Origin: a virus
Lineage: Duplodnaviria; Heunggongvirae; Uroviricota; Caudoviricetes
Strand: one strand, 5' to 3'
Virus record (IMG/VR): IMGVR_UViG_3300009008_000004
Location: 82,004 to 146,003 of that record
DNA: 64,000 bases
The translations under genes and the position numbers were made by a program. Numbering within the stretch: position 1 is the first letter of the stretch; every line of letters begins with the position of its first letter. This document shows, piece by piece, positions 51,701-60,808 of this stretch. The notes beneath the pieces were generated by a model. The model was not told where the DNA came from, did no database searches, and saw only the letters and a list, made by a program, of their open reading frames with translations.

Positions 51701-54092
51701 CTCCACAGTCAGTGAGGCCCCATGTAAACCAACTACCGTAGAACCGAATGGGGTATGAGATATCTGTTCCCAGCTCAACCCCGGACTCGATAGTCTCGTG
51801 CCCGTATGGGGGAGTATTTCCTGTAGCCGCCCAGGCAGTAGTTATCGCCGGCAGTCGGTCAGAGGGTACCCGTAGGATAGCCCACTCTACTGCGGTGTAC
51901 GGCTCAAACGTAGGCTCCTGGTTGGGGTCGACGGGAGTAGAAATAGTCCCGCGGGTCTCCGGAAAAGCCTCACCAAACTGCCGGTGGTAATCTACAGCGC
52001 CACCAGCACCAACATCCCAGGTAGAGTCCCAGGCGTACCCTACCGGAAGATTCCACGCGGGAAGATACGATGTGGGCCAACAGAAGGTACTATCGGGAGT
52101 ACCGCTGCCCGCCCCGTTCCCTCTACGGACAGACCAATTGCAAGAGTACAAAGCAAGCCTTGCTTCCCCTGCAGGAGCAGGCCCCGCAGGATCGTAAGGA
52201 CCACCTGCGTTGAATAGTGTAGGGAACATGGCGCTTACGCCATTGTAGAGCCAATCTCTATCTTGAATACAAATCAGATTACCCGTAGCAGTATCATGCT
52301 CCTGCACTACTACTTCCAACCATAGGAGCACAGTACCGTCGGAGGGGACTGCCGGAACCGGGATGGGGTTCGCTACATCCACTGCGAAAAGGGTGATAAA
52401 GTCCCCCGGGAGAATACCTTCTGCCGCAAAATCCACGTCTGCTGAAGGAGTAATGAGGATCTTGTCGGTTCCTACCGCCCCAGCAAAGTCGATCCCTACC
52501 CCGCGATTTGTTTGGGCAGCACCAGAGGTTACCCCGGTCTCCCAGTTCACAACCGTTGTGTCTGGAGCGCCGTACGTGACCCAATCGACATCCCGAGGAG
52601 TGTAGTGTGCATTCTGGGAGTAGACGAAAATGTTGGTTGTTCCGCCCGAATCAGTAGCCTCTTTGATAGGAAAATACTTAGCGCGGGAGTAAAGGCCGCT
52701 TCCCGACCCACCAAGACCAACCGAGTACGTTGTATCCAAAATCATAAGCCAATCAGTAGTACTACTAAATGACGCCTTTACAGCAGCAGGGATCGTAACC
52801 GACAACCCAAGACGATCCTGGAAGAACATTGGGGCGCAGGTCATCTCCCCCGCGCTTCCTGCCGGGCTGGGCATAAGGGGTCCGCCAGTCTTAGCCTGGA
52901 CAGTGCCACCAGAGCTGTACGTATCGCTGGAAGCTACGATTGTGCAATCCAGCTCAACCTCTGCTGCGGGAAAGGCGGTTACAACGGAAGTAACGTCAAA
53001 AGCATTGCCGAAGACAGAGACCTGGTCACCTACCTCAATAGCCTCATTGTACCAGCCCGAGTGGACATCGTTGGCCAAGGCACCCGGAATAGTTACCGTC
53101 GGAGCCATGTTGATGAGGCGGTTATTGATGGGAAACCGTTGGGTTGTCCAAATATCCCAATCAGTTGAAAGCCCGAAGTAGGCGTTGACGCCAGCAGCGT
53201 AGACGGGCCCATGCCCCAGACCATCCGCGATCTCCGTCGATCCACGGATGATATCCCGGGTCATATCATCATCGCCAGTACCAATAACAGAGACACCCTT
53301 TAGCTCAGTGTACTCTTGCAGCAGGGTCGTCCGAACCCCGCGCTCAGTTACAAGCGAACGTTCAGTAATAAGGTCACCCGCGCGCAAGAGCAATTCCGCG
53401 TTGGTCTCGAGAGTAACACCCCCAGTGAATGCGTCGGGGTTATCTACTTTGACATACCCGGGAAGCCCACTTACAGAAACGAGAGAGCCAGCCTCGATAT
53501 TTGCATCCTCACTCTCCACCACCGAGAGCACAGGAATATCTGCATAGTATAATTCTCCCTCAGTTTGCGAGGACATCTCTGTGGCGGTGACATCAAAAGA
53601 GCCACTGGCGACAAAGAGCTGTCCATTGGAGGCTGTGAAGGAGATTGTAGGGTCGGCCTGAATAGTAGTCGGAGAGGTGTAGTAAACCCGGGCAGTTCCT
53701 GCCGAGTGGGAGCCGGGACGCCGGACAACAAACACATTCGCAAGCAAGGAGTCCAGCTCCTCTTCGCTTAGTGTACTGGTCTGGTTGAGGCTCTGCGCCT
53801 CCCGGATGGCGACCAGCTCACGTTTGATCGCCTGAAACAAGAGAATAACCGGGTTGACGAAGACATCCTTGGCGACAGAACCTGCCGTATCAATATCCAG
53901 ATCAGGGAATTCATCCCGGATTCGCTGACTAACAAAACTGTCGATGTCTGTATCGAAGATATCTTCACCAAGGCGGTCCAGGATAGGCTGAACTACCTGT
54001 GCATAAAGATCGGACCCCTCCTCAGCATCAAGCTCCGGAAAGAACTCAGCAAGACGAGAGACAATGAACTCCTGGATGGATGTCGTAACCAT
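48759..54092 (-). CDS. Baseplate J (gp6-like) protein, greatly expanded
   Basis: 1777 aa. J-type N-terminus (DVFVNPV, ARVYYT, AFTGGVTLETNAELLLR, SVIGTGD) and C-terminus, with ~1300 aa of inserted beta-modules. Confidence 0.85.
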   Translation of the reverse strand: MVTTSIQEFIVSRLAEFFPELDAEEGSDLYAQVVQPILDRLGEDIFDTDIDSFVSQRIRDEFPDLDIDTAGSVAKDVFVNPVILLFQAIKRELVAIREAQSLNQTSTLSEEELDSLLANVFVVRRPGSHSAGTARVYYTSPTTIQADPTISFTASNGQLFVASGSFDVTATEMSSQTEGELYYADIPVLSVVESEDANIEAGSLVSVSGLPGYVKVDNPDAFTGGVTLETNAELLLRAGDLITERSLVTERGVRTTLLQEYTELKGVSVIGTGDDDMTRDIIRGSTEIADGLGHGPVYAAGVNAYFGLSTDWDIWTTQRFPINNRLINMAPTVTIPGALANDVHSGWYNEAIEVGDQVSVFGNAFDVTSVVTAFPAAEVELDCTIVASSDTYSSGGTVQAKTGGPLMPSPAGSAGEMTCAPMFFQDRLGLSVTIPAAVKASFSSTTDWLMILDTTYSVGLGGSGSGLYSRAKYFPIKEATDSGGTTNIFVYSQNAHYTPRDVDWVTYGAPDTTVVNWETGVTSGAAQTNRGVGIDFAGAVGTDKILITPSADVDFAAEGILPGDFITLFAVDVANPIPVPAVPSDGTVLLWLEVVVQEHDTATGNLICIQDRDWLYNGVSAMFPTLFNAGGPYDPAGPAPAGEARLALYSCNWSVRRGNGAGSGTPDSTFCWPTSYLPAWNLPVGYAWDSTWDVGAGGAVDYHRQFGEAFPETRGTISTPVDPNQEPTFEPYTAVEWAILRVPSDRLPAITTAWAATGNTPPYGHETIESGVELGTDISYPIRFYGSWFTWGLTDCGDPLRNLGGGSLMYRTDDWAAQFVVDAAPLWAWHPFLNQWALRKPATSDDVEVGIVLSQLPEVLEEVEIPPDEIHIGGMMDVYCNPSSIPKTSLSMAPWVSYEDGDVVIPATYTGAPATGGVAQKYGTSDGVFVASALSGYSWQWGDVLVITGPATHDYYLTAYAIVDQDKYYTNTIRVYPPFPDAAVHSGLEFLVLRGVTTDLTPTKLFKVKNGTDLKTNIGLVYVSSATANFVTAGVAEGDILYIKEGGDLGYHTITAITNTQLTLSAALGGGETNVDFDVFTSGGSVSLPATEVTKVEGMDADGAAVAASLPYGDALGALVRAASMPGNQLVFPAEGVESATAYTLTATPSRIYSTTVDFDVIGVREGHRFEFTSGLFNGLSFPVKSVAAGSPSHLELGEQFEVVTAETGITFEIGAAAQGTARCYFKSPMRVVFDPAFRITIGNGQVYMPDPDTSTTIFEEDTADTDLEIENLSPLPTGVDGTIAAGFPTTTFTVSGTPFVASDVGKFLHIVGPAADPNIGTYQIAAVPAANQLTVVAPGLPGPASTVLQWAIHPTATTWTALTSALATNDWAVRYIKENSEVDMGVRADSDLVYIDHMDIFSTALAATLTPLAGTTLIININGADATYTFTTNSIAYTALPQYIEAAFPSVGAKIYEDLSAPGTYRLHLFSSDDLVIGTGTANGVLQLTAGQTNVVDAIQRGPFQIGWNGVGVESGSPPIKAANKAVVRLVQLGTDDPMPIGSLAGHRIHARIVRAGTQIFEEEDLTAYGGYYYADLDISSYYPGPDQILREETAATTVTGIRSNGFTYVADQDHSYSVIEDLKIYCDGIFSAKEYPTPVLGTNAQVTYKYAPEVETAHYFMQNKGERTVTCNTLAKVSVPLEVTVRFTYRGSTSLEAAKNAVIDYFRTLPHGTLFTVREFTSAMRAKGVLVNNTPTILVIEPDTSRQFRLYKVTEEYQIADSAAFLAVSTVLTKG

Positions 54093-54095
54093 TCG

Positions 54096-54800
54096 CTAAA
54101 CTCCCATTTTCACTACTGCCTGCCGAGCTGCTGTCTGGATCTGCAGGACAATAGAGATCGCCAGCTTGTCTGAATCGAAGGACATATCAATCGGCACTAC
54201 GTCCAAAAGGACCTCATCGGCCGGCAGCTTCCATCGACGGTCCCGCTGACTCTCTTTGATAGCATCGGCGCACCGCTTGATCGCAAGGTGTAGCTGCGAT
54301 GCGAATCCCTGAATATTGGTCCGATCCAGGGTCATACCCACAAACTCGTGGAGACCCCCGCCTTGGTCAGGATTGAAGAAGTCTGTACCGGGGGTGGTCT
54401 TCAACAACTTACAGAAACTCTGCATGACTTTGGTAATTCCGCGGATCGAGCGGAAATTAGAGAACTCGAACGAGAGAGTAGTAATCTCATCCAGCTGTGT
54501 TACATCTTCCCCGAGGACAAATATCTTCTCGAGAGGCTTAGACCAAAGAGCCTTAGGGCACACAAGCCGGATCATATCGGGGGCCAATATCTGAAAGCTA
54601 CCGAGAATCTCATTGTACCCGTCGGTAGTATCGTCGAAGTTCTGGGGTGCAGGTTCTACCAAATACCCGTTTACGGACACCTGCGATGCGTGATCGAAGT
54701 GCTCCCCGGTGAGGGTTATTACCAGAGGGTACATGCTCACAAGATCGGCTGTCTTTACGGGCAAGGAGTCTATAGCTTTAATCAGCCGAAGGTCGAACAT
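54096..54800 (-). CDS. gp25/GPW-like baseplate wedge protein with N-terminal Ig-like (IPT) domain
   Basis: GITKVMQSFCKLLKTTPGTDFFNPDQGGGL motif. GEHFD.ASQVSVNG N-terminus. Confidence 0.75.
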   Translation of the reverse strand: MFDLRLIKAIDSLPVKTADLVSMYPLVITLTGEHFDHASQVSVNGYLVEPAPQNFDDTTDGYNEILGSFQILAPDMIRLVCPKALWSKPLEKIFVLGEDVTQLDEITTLSFEFSNFRSIRGITKVMQSFCKLLKTTPGTDFFNPDQGGGLHEFVGMTLDRTNIQGFASQLHLAIKRCADAIKESQRDRRWKLPADEVLLDVVPIDMSFDSDKLAISIVLQIQTAARQAVVKMGV

Positions 54801-55087
54801 TATGCCTCCTCGATGGCATCTATCTCATCCAGAACATCTTGCACGGTTTTCTCCATTGCTTCAAGTCGATCGAGTACAGTAGTCCGCCCCTGAGTGATGG
54901 TGCACCCGAAATACGTAGTTGCCGTAGAATCCCCGGAGAGATAGGCGAGCTCTTCGTCAACGATATAGGCTAAAGAGAATTCCCCGACGTACCGGTCGAC
55001 GACCTCACGCTGCACGATAAGAGCGATCAAGTCCTCGTAAACACCCGCCAAACGATTAGAAAGACGGTCTCTTTTTACCTCATCCAT
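54800..55087 (-). CDS. Small hypothetical tail-region protein (start revised to ATG 55087)
   Basis: 95 aa, GGGAG SD 7 nt upstream. Confidence 0.65.
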   Translation of the reverse strand: MDEVKRDRLSNRLAGVYEDLIALIVQREVVDRYVGEFSLAYIVDEELAYLSGDSTATTYFGCTITQGRTTVLDRLEAMEKTVQDVLDEIDAIEEA

Positions 55088-55113
55088 AGTACACTCCCGG
55101 TACTCCAGCCAAA

Positions 55114-55142
55114 AGTGTAGCACCACAACAGAGAGCTAACAA
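55114..55142 (-). promoter_or_regulatory. sigma70-type promoter TTGTTA-N17-TACACT with extended -10 TG
   Basis: Lies in the 62-nt gap upstream of the 55087/gp25/J genes. Confidence 0.55.
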
Positions 55143-55149
55143 CAGTATC

Positions 55150-57282
55150 TTATAGGGAGTTAAGTACCTCACTCAACTGCTGAAGCACACTCTCAGCCCC
55201 CGAAGCCTCTGTGATTGGCTGCGGAAGGAACGAAGGAATATCGCCCCGCTGTAGCGTCGCAGCCGCCCGCGTATACCCGTGTTGTCGCAACAAAGAAATA
55301 ACCCAGGGCAACCGCTTTATAGAGAAGCTCGCCGACGACAGTTGACTCCGAAGATCGGCCATATCAGTAAGGTACGGCGCAAAGGCCTCCTTGAAGGCAG
55401 AAAAGCTGGACCAGGTCATAGAGGACAACGTTTTATCTAACAGGTGGAGGATATCCAGTTCGGTAGTCAACGCCTTATTCAGGGTTGGGCCAATAGTAAG
55501 ATTGGCAAACAATTCGCCAAGCCCGGAACGAATCTCAAACTCTGCGTAAGCAGTGGGGATCTCCGCTGCCAACACATACGGAGATGTGCTGCTCAACAAA
55601 GTAGTAGTTGTGGGGGCAGAACCCCCATACTCTACGATATCCCCAATACGAAGCGGTACTGTTGGCTCCGAGGGGAGCGTAAGCGTAGTGCCGCCGGCGT
55701 AATCAAATGTAGCCGCTGCTCCGATCTCCACCTCTCCAGCGAGCTCAATGTAAGTAGCAGACTCCAGGGAAATATCACAATGAGATATTTGCACTGTGAT
55801 GGCCTCCCCCGTACCAAGCTCTGTTGTTGGAATACGGCCCGACGCAATGAAATCGATGGGGGAGCTAAGGCCCGCCTCGGGAGTTATGGCTACGCCGCCA
55901 ACGATTGCGCCAATCTTGTATGTGGCAGAGGCCGGAGTATTGAAGACCGGGGAATTATAGGAGACCGTAATAAGATGGTCGGTGGTGAGTGTAGGCTGTG
56001 CAACAGACAGGGCTATAGTGCCCGCTGCTGAAAGCGTAGCAGCCAGAGGTGTAAGGCCCAAAGGATACGTAGTCTCCACTGAGACTGTGGGGGAGTCGGT
56101 ACTCGTTAGATCCGCGGGAGCGTAATCCCCCCGAGCCCAACCATAGTCCGCTCCAGGACAAGAACCGTTGAATAAACCAGTACCTACCAAAGGGCCTGCC
56201 TGCGGGAAATACAGCTGCATCCCCTGCGAACGATTGGTATCGAGCATCACCAAGAAAATCTCATTCCCGGATACTACAAAATCAAAGGGCCGGGGCACTA
56301 CGGGACCAGACACCTTCGTGTCTAACTCCACCGCCATAGTAGCCGAAGTATAGACAGCAGCCGCCAACGTACCAGTGTACTCGGTGTTGTTTACGCGGCA
56401 GTAGAAGGTATCATTTGCGCCAGCACCAATTGTCCAACTACCGGCAGCTGGCTCACCCACAACCGGATCGCACGCAACACCCAAACTTACAGATGCAGCT
56501 GTAGCCTCTGGAATTGTCCACGCTGTGGGTGCGCCCCCGGGAGTATCCAACCAATTCATAGTAGTTGCGGGAGGTACCGCAAAGACCGGGGGACCAATGG
56601 AGATGGACGCGGGAGCGAGACTCCCCAAAGCCCCGGCACCCAAAGCGTACTTCACCCGCGCAGGAGATTGCCGGTTCTCTGCAAGAGTAGTCAGGTAGTG
56701 TATGCCCCCGAGAGCCTCTACTGCCTCAACATGGTCAATATCCTCAGCGAGCACCTCATCCGTCCACTCAATAATGCGGTCTTTGAAATATCCTGTGAAC
56801 AGGCGGAGCTGGAGCTGCTGCGTTGTCTTGAACACCAAAACGGCCCGGAAACACTCGAGCAACGCTGCCCGAAGTTCCTCTACCTTTGTACGGATTGCCG
56901 CCCCCTTAGCGCTGCTCTCCTCATCCCGCCGGGGATAATTCTTGATCAGCTCCTCGAGCTTCGAGGCGTAGACCGTCGCAGAGGGGGCCGTGGGGTCCAG
57001 AGGATTATCCAGAATAATCTTAGAGTCCTTAGGAGGGATTACCTTGTTGGTACGAAACGCCTCGGTTATGTCATCAAGAAGAGTTAGTACACTGCTCTCG
57101 GCTGTAAGATATCGTTGGGAGGCGAGGTAACAGCCTTCCCACAAAGTATCAGAGTCGAGATACGCAGTTAGCCCAAAAATGAGCTTAATATCGTTGAGCA
57201 GACGAGCCCTGTCTTCCCGCACAGCATCACGGGAAGTATTGAGCAAGGTCGACAATAATCGCCGGACGGCTTTAGTATACAT
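55150..57282 (-). CDS. Large structural (baseplate/tail) protein
   Basis: 710 aa. Helical ends and a Thr/Pro/Gly-rich beta middle, within the tail operon. Confidence 0.7.
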   Translation of the reverse strand: MYTKAVRRLLSTLLNTSRDAVREDRARLLNDIKLIFGLTAYLDSDTLWEGCYLASQRYLTAESSVLTLLDDITEAFRTNKVIPPKDSKIILDNPLDPTAPSATVYASKLEELIKNYPRRDEESSAKGAAIRTKVEELRAALLECFRAVLVFKTTQQLQLRLFTGYFKDRIIEWTDEVLAEDIDHVEAVEALGGIHYLTTLAENRQSPARVKYALGAGALGSLAPASISIGPPVFAVPPATTMNWLDTPGGAPTAWTIPEATAASVSLGVACDPVVGEPAAGSWTIGAGANDTFYCRVNNTEYTGTLAAAVYTSATMAVELDTKVSGPVVPRPFDFVVSGNEIFLVMLDTNRSQGMQLYFPQAGPLVGTGLFNGSCPGADYGWARGDYAPADLTSTDSPTVSVETTYPLGLTPLAATLSAAGTIALSVAQPTLTTDHLITVSYNSPVFNTPASATYKIGAIVGGVAITPEAGLSSPIDFIASGRIPTTELGTGEAITVQISHCDISLESATYIELAGEVEIGAAATFDYAGGTTLTLPSEPTVPLRIGDIVEYGGSAPTTTTLLSSTSPYVLAAEIPTAYAEFEIRSGLGELFANLTIGPTLNKALTTELDILHLLDKTLSSMTWSSFSAFKEAFAPYLTDMADLRSQLSSASFSIKRLPWVISLLRQHGYTRAAATLQRGDIPSFLPQPITEASGAESVLQQLSEVLNSL

Positions 57283-57613
57283 CCTCCAAACCCGACTTCC
57301 TTAATCCACGCAACCCCTCTTCCGAGATTTTTGGGAGTTGCTCCAGAAGTCTATCACCATCTACGTCCAGGATTCTACATATTGACCGAAAACTACCCAG
57401 ATCCTCAGAATCGGGGGAATAGAACCACGCGAGCAATTCCTCCTCTTCATCAGTACCTGCCTCAATAAATACGTAATCCTGAAGGGCGCGCTGGAGGACA
57501 GCTAACCAAAGCCGGCGAATTTTAGGACCCTGCTCAAGATCAAGGTCCCGACGAATATAATAACGGAATACATTCTCCGGGAGCAATTGTTCTTGGACAG
57601 CCTCTATTGCCAC
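57272..57613 (-). CDS. Small acidic helical protein of unknown function
   Basis: 113 aa. RRLWLAVLQRALQDY...WF...GSFRSICRILDVD. Confidence 0.75.
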   Translation of the reverse strand: MAIEAVQEQLLPENVFRYYIRRDLDLEQGPKIRRLWLAVLQRALQDYVFIEAGTDEEEELLAWFYSPDSEDLGSFRSICRILDVDGDRLLEQLPKISEEGLRGLRKSGLEDVY

Positions 57614-57614
57614 T

Positions 57615-58520
57615 TTAGGTAACCTCCACTGTCAAAGTACCCGAAATTGTTGGTGCAGGCAAAAGAAAATTTTCGGCTACTGGCAATGGAGTCATTGTAT
57701 AGGTACCAGGCGTAACCCCGGTGATAGTCAATTCTGTGTCACCAAGACTGAAAGTATACTCAGTGGCAGACGTCGCATACTGTATAAAAGAAGTGAGAGG
57801 TTCGGCTGCTACGGCCGAACGGAGAAGGCCAGATATAGACAAAGTCTTCGAAGCCCCGGCCGCGATAACTACATGTGTAGTTGGTACCCCGGCCTCCAGA
57901 TACGTAACACTATACGGGTAGGGGAACACTACATCTGGGAGATTCGCGCTTGCCGCATCAGGAATGAAGATCTGCTGTGCCATATCGATATAATCGGGGA
58001 TCATCACATACAGTTCCGCCCCACGAGGAAGATCGATCTCCCCATAGCCATCACTGTTGAGGGTGAGTTGCTGCGTTTGATCGAAGATACCCATTGTGGT
58101 TGAGGACGAGATGGTACCTGCAGGAATCTCTGAAGGCCGGGAGAAATAGAGGGAAAGGCCCGCGGCAGCTGCGCCGGTAAGATCTGTGAAGTATCCGCTA
58201 CAACGACAGAAGCGTGCGTCGCTCGACACCGGAGTAGCTACCGATGCCGCAGTAATTGTCACGGAAATATCTGAACCAGCTAAAGTAGCGTTCTGCGTTA
58301 GCCCAGCAGGAACAGTAAAAGGATTAGAGGCGGGTACCCGGACACGGATGAAGTAATCCCCGTCGGCGTACCCAACAAACGAGGCACGACCATTGGCGTT
58401 AGTCGTATCCTCCGCCAGGTAGACGCCAAACGCACCATCATCCTCATAGAGCTTGATCACCACCCCGGTAAAAGGGCTGAGGAGTGCGTCCAACAGGTTT
58501 ACATAAATATCCGATGCCAT
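57615..58520 (-). CDS. Ig-like (carboxypeptidase-regulatory-like) virion protein
   Basis: 301 aa. DTTNANGRASF, GYFTDLTG...GLSLYF, NSDGYGEIDLPRG. Confidence 0.7.
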   Translation of the reverse strand: MASDIYVNLLDALLSPFTGVVIKLYEDDGAFGVYLAEDTTNANGRASFVGYADGDYFIRVRVPASNPFTVPAGLTQNATLAGSDISVTITAASVATPVSSDARFCRCSGYFTDLTGAAAAGLSLYFSRPSEIPAGTISSSTTMGIFDQTQQLTLNSDGYGEIDLPRGAELYVMIPDYIDMAQQIFIPDAASANLPDVVFPYPYSVTYLEAGVPTTHVVIAAGASKTLSISGLLRSAVAAEPLTSFIQYATSATEYTFSLGDTELTITGVTPGTYTMTPLPVAENFLLPAPTISGTLTVEVT

Positions 58521-60808
58521 TACTTAGTTCCCCACAGCTTTTTGGCCTCTTCAGGAGTAAGGCTCTCCAGCAGTTTACGGTTAGAAGCAGAGAGTCCCTT
58601 GAGCTGCTCCGCCGGAATATGCTTCTGCACTAACTTGTTCTTAAAGGTATACGCCGGCTTCTGCGAAGCGGCCGCAGGCTTCGCCGGTGTGGCGGGTGTC
58701 TGCTTGCCGCCCGCAAGAACCTCATCTACGCTTCCCGCAGGCGCGGTACTTGGCTTGGTCTCCCCAACGGCACGGCCGGTCTCCGGAGAGACTTTTTGTT
58801 GTCTGGGCGAGACGCCCCCACCGACAGTCTTCGCCGGAGTAACGCCGCTCGGCCCAAACTTTTTACCCGCCCATCTGCCTGCCTTGCCAGCCAAATTACG
58901 CCCGGTCTCTGTTAGGCCAGCAACGCCAAGCCCACCAGCGGTAAGCGCACCCAAACCTGCTGTACGCGGGCGGTCCTGGGCGAACCGGCGGACAGGACTC
59001 GGCTCATGCCCAGCACTACGCAAGATACGATTCTTCGCAGCGACACCCACACGATTAGCCTTAAGTTCCCCGGCCAAACCCCTCGCCTGCTGCTTCAAGG
59101 TATCCAATGTAGCCTTCTCGGCAGGCAGCTTACCAAAGCCCTTACTGAGCTCCCCAATACGATCCTTCAGCTGCCGTTCAAGGACAACGGCCTCCTGCAA
59201 GTTTACCGCCTTCTTAGCCTCTGGGCCCATGGCTGCCATCTCTTCCCATGCAGCGGGAGTATGGACTTCACCAATACCCTTACTATAAGCTTCGAGGTTA
59301 ATTTCGCCCTTACCCGGGGCGGCAGCCCCAGCTGTTGGCTGCCCTGCGGGTGCAGCAGGCTCCTTTACCGGTGCTTCTGCTACTTGCTTCCAGGTCCCAC
59401 GTTCTCCGCTACCCTCAAGTCCACGACCTCTCGCTACTGCGGGCTCACCCGAGCCAGGCGGAAGAACTCCTTCGCCTTCTGCGGGAGTTTTAGGAGTAGC
59501 AACCTCTGCCTTCGCCTTTTCGGCTGCCGCTGCTTCCGCCTTCGCCTTTTCCGCGGCTTTTGCCGCAGCCTCTGCTTTTTGAGTTGCCTTAGCCTCAGCT
59601 TTGGCAGCCGCCGCTGCCTGCCGTTGCTCCGTCTTGACAAGCTTCGCCTCCATACCCTCGCCTTTCGCCATTGTACGTACAGAAGGCTGTGAGGGATCAA
59701 CGAAGGGGTCGGGTTCTTTGCCCGCGGCTTCCATCTTCGCCAGCCTACGTTCAGCAGAAGAGGTATTCTTCAAGCGATTAAAGAATTCTCTGCCACGAGC
59801 GAAGAAACCAGGGGCTGCTTCCCCGGCTGGTGCGGCTGCTCGACCCACATTCGCTGCCTGCTCTACACCAGCACCAACACCCGTACCAAATACGGGCTGT
59901 GCCGGCTGTGCTGCAGGCTGGCTGGGCAGACGAGTACCAGCTCTACCAGTGGGGCTGGTAATTACCCGCCCTGCTGCAGGAGGGGCACCAAAAGTACCTT
60001 CAGCACCCCGAGCAAGCCGTTGTGCAAGACCGTAACCTCTTGCCAGCAGCGGTGCAGCAAGCCCAAGACCCGCACCACCAAGCTCGAGTGCTGCTACGTT
60101 TGCGGGAGTAGCTACATCGCTTAGGTTGGAAAGAGCCGGATAAGCTTTCCGGGCCAGCTGCTCCTTATATTCAGGAGAGGTCTCGAGCATACCCCCGCTC
60201 TCTAGCTGAGACATCAGCCGCATCTTTATCTGTGCCTGCCGCTGAGACATAGTAGAAGGGTCATGCCCCTCGTACACAGGTTGGCGGGCTTGGTGACGAG
60301 CTGCAACACCCGCAGCGTAGTCCCCTTCCTGCCGATTATGCGGAGATTGAGCCAGCCGATCATAACCTGCCTGATTCTTCGCCCGAGTCTTTGCGAGAGA
60401 GGTTCCCATATCCCCGACCTTCTTCTCAACCGTGTCGCCAATTGTCTTACCAAAGGCAACTTGCGCAGGCCCATACTTGGGAGCTCCCGCAGTAGCAAAC
60501 GGGTCAACACCGCCATAAGGCTTGAACTTCTCTTCACGAGCCTTCTGCTCTTGACCCCGCATCTGCTGACTACGCTGCACAGAAGAAATATTTCGTTGAG
60601 ATTTTGTTGGGTCAGCGGCCAAAAGTTTCGACTCAGCAGCAGGTCCCTTACGCTTACGCGCATTGAACTTATCCCAATCTGTTTTCACCGGTTTTGCCGG
60701 TTTGAAGCTCTTAGTGGGATCGAATTCGTCAGCAGCCCGTTTCTCCAGTCCTTTCAAGACTGCGGGATCCACAAGACCGGCCAACATACCTATGAGTTCT
60801 CTTCGCAT
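58520..60808 (-). CDS. Low-complexity basic Ala/Pro/Lys/Gly protein with LEKRA leader (putative internal head protein)
   Basis: 762 aa. Leader ending LEKRA at residue 25, two Gly-rich hydrophobic helices, AEKAKAE repeats. Confidence 0.75.
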   Translation of the reverse strand: MRRELIGMLAGLVDPAVLKGLEKRAADEFDPTKSFKPAKPVKTDWDKFNARKRKGPAAESKLLAADPTKSQRNISSVQRSQQMRGQEQKAREEKFKPYGGVDPFATAGAPKYGPAQVAFGKTIGDTVEKKVGDMGTSLAKTRAKNQAGYDRLAQSPHNRQEGDYAAGVAARHQARQPVYEGHDPSTMSQRQAQIKMRLMSQLESGGMLETSPEYKEQLARKAYPALSNLSDVATPANVAALELGGAGLGLAAPLLARGYGLAQRLARGAEGTFGAPPAAGRVITSPTGRAGTRLPSQPAAQPAQPVFGTGVGAGVEQAANVGRAAAPAGEAAPGFFARGREFFNRLKNTSSAERRLAKMEAAGKEPDPFVDPSQPSVRTMAKGEGMEAKLVKTEQRQAAAAAKAEAKATQKAEAAAKAAEKAKAEAAAAEKAKAEVATPKTPAEGEGVLPPGSGEPAVARGRGLEGSGERGTWKQVAEAPVKEPAAPAGQPTAGAAAPGKGEINLEAYSKGIGEVHTPAAWEEMAAMGPEAKKAVNLQEAVVLERQLKDRIGELSKGFGKLPAEKATLDTLKQQARGLAGELKANRVGVAAKNRILRSAGHEPSPVRRFAQDRPRTAGLGALTAGGLGVAGLTETGRNLAGKAGRWAGKKFGPSGVTPAKTVGGGVSPRQQKVSPETGRAVGETKPSTAPAGSVDEVLAGGKQTPATPAKPAAASQKPAYTFKNKLVQKHIPAEQLKGLSASNRKLLESLTPEEAKKLWGTK
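59500..59620 (-). repeat. Ala/Lys/Glu helical coding repeat
   Basis: AAAAAKAEAKATQKAEAAAKAAEKAKAEAAAAEKAKAE, with a direct DNA repeat TTCGCCTTTTC. Confidence 0.8.
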
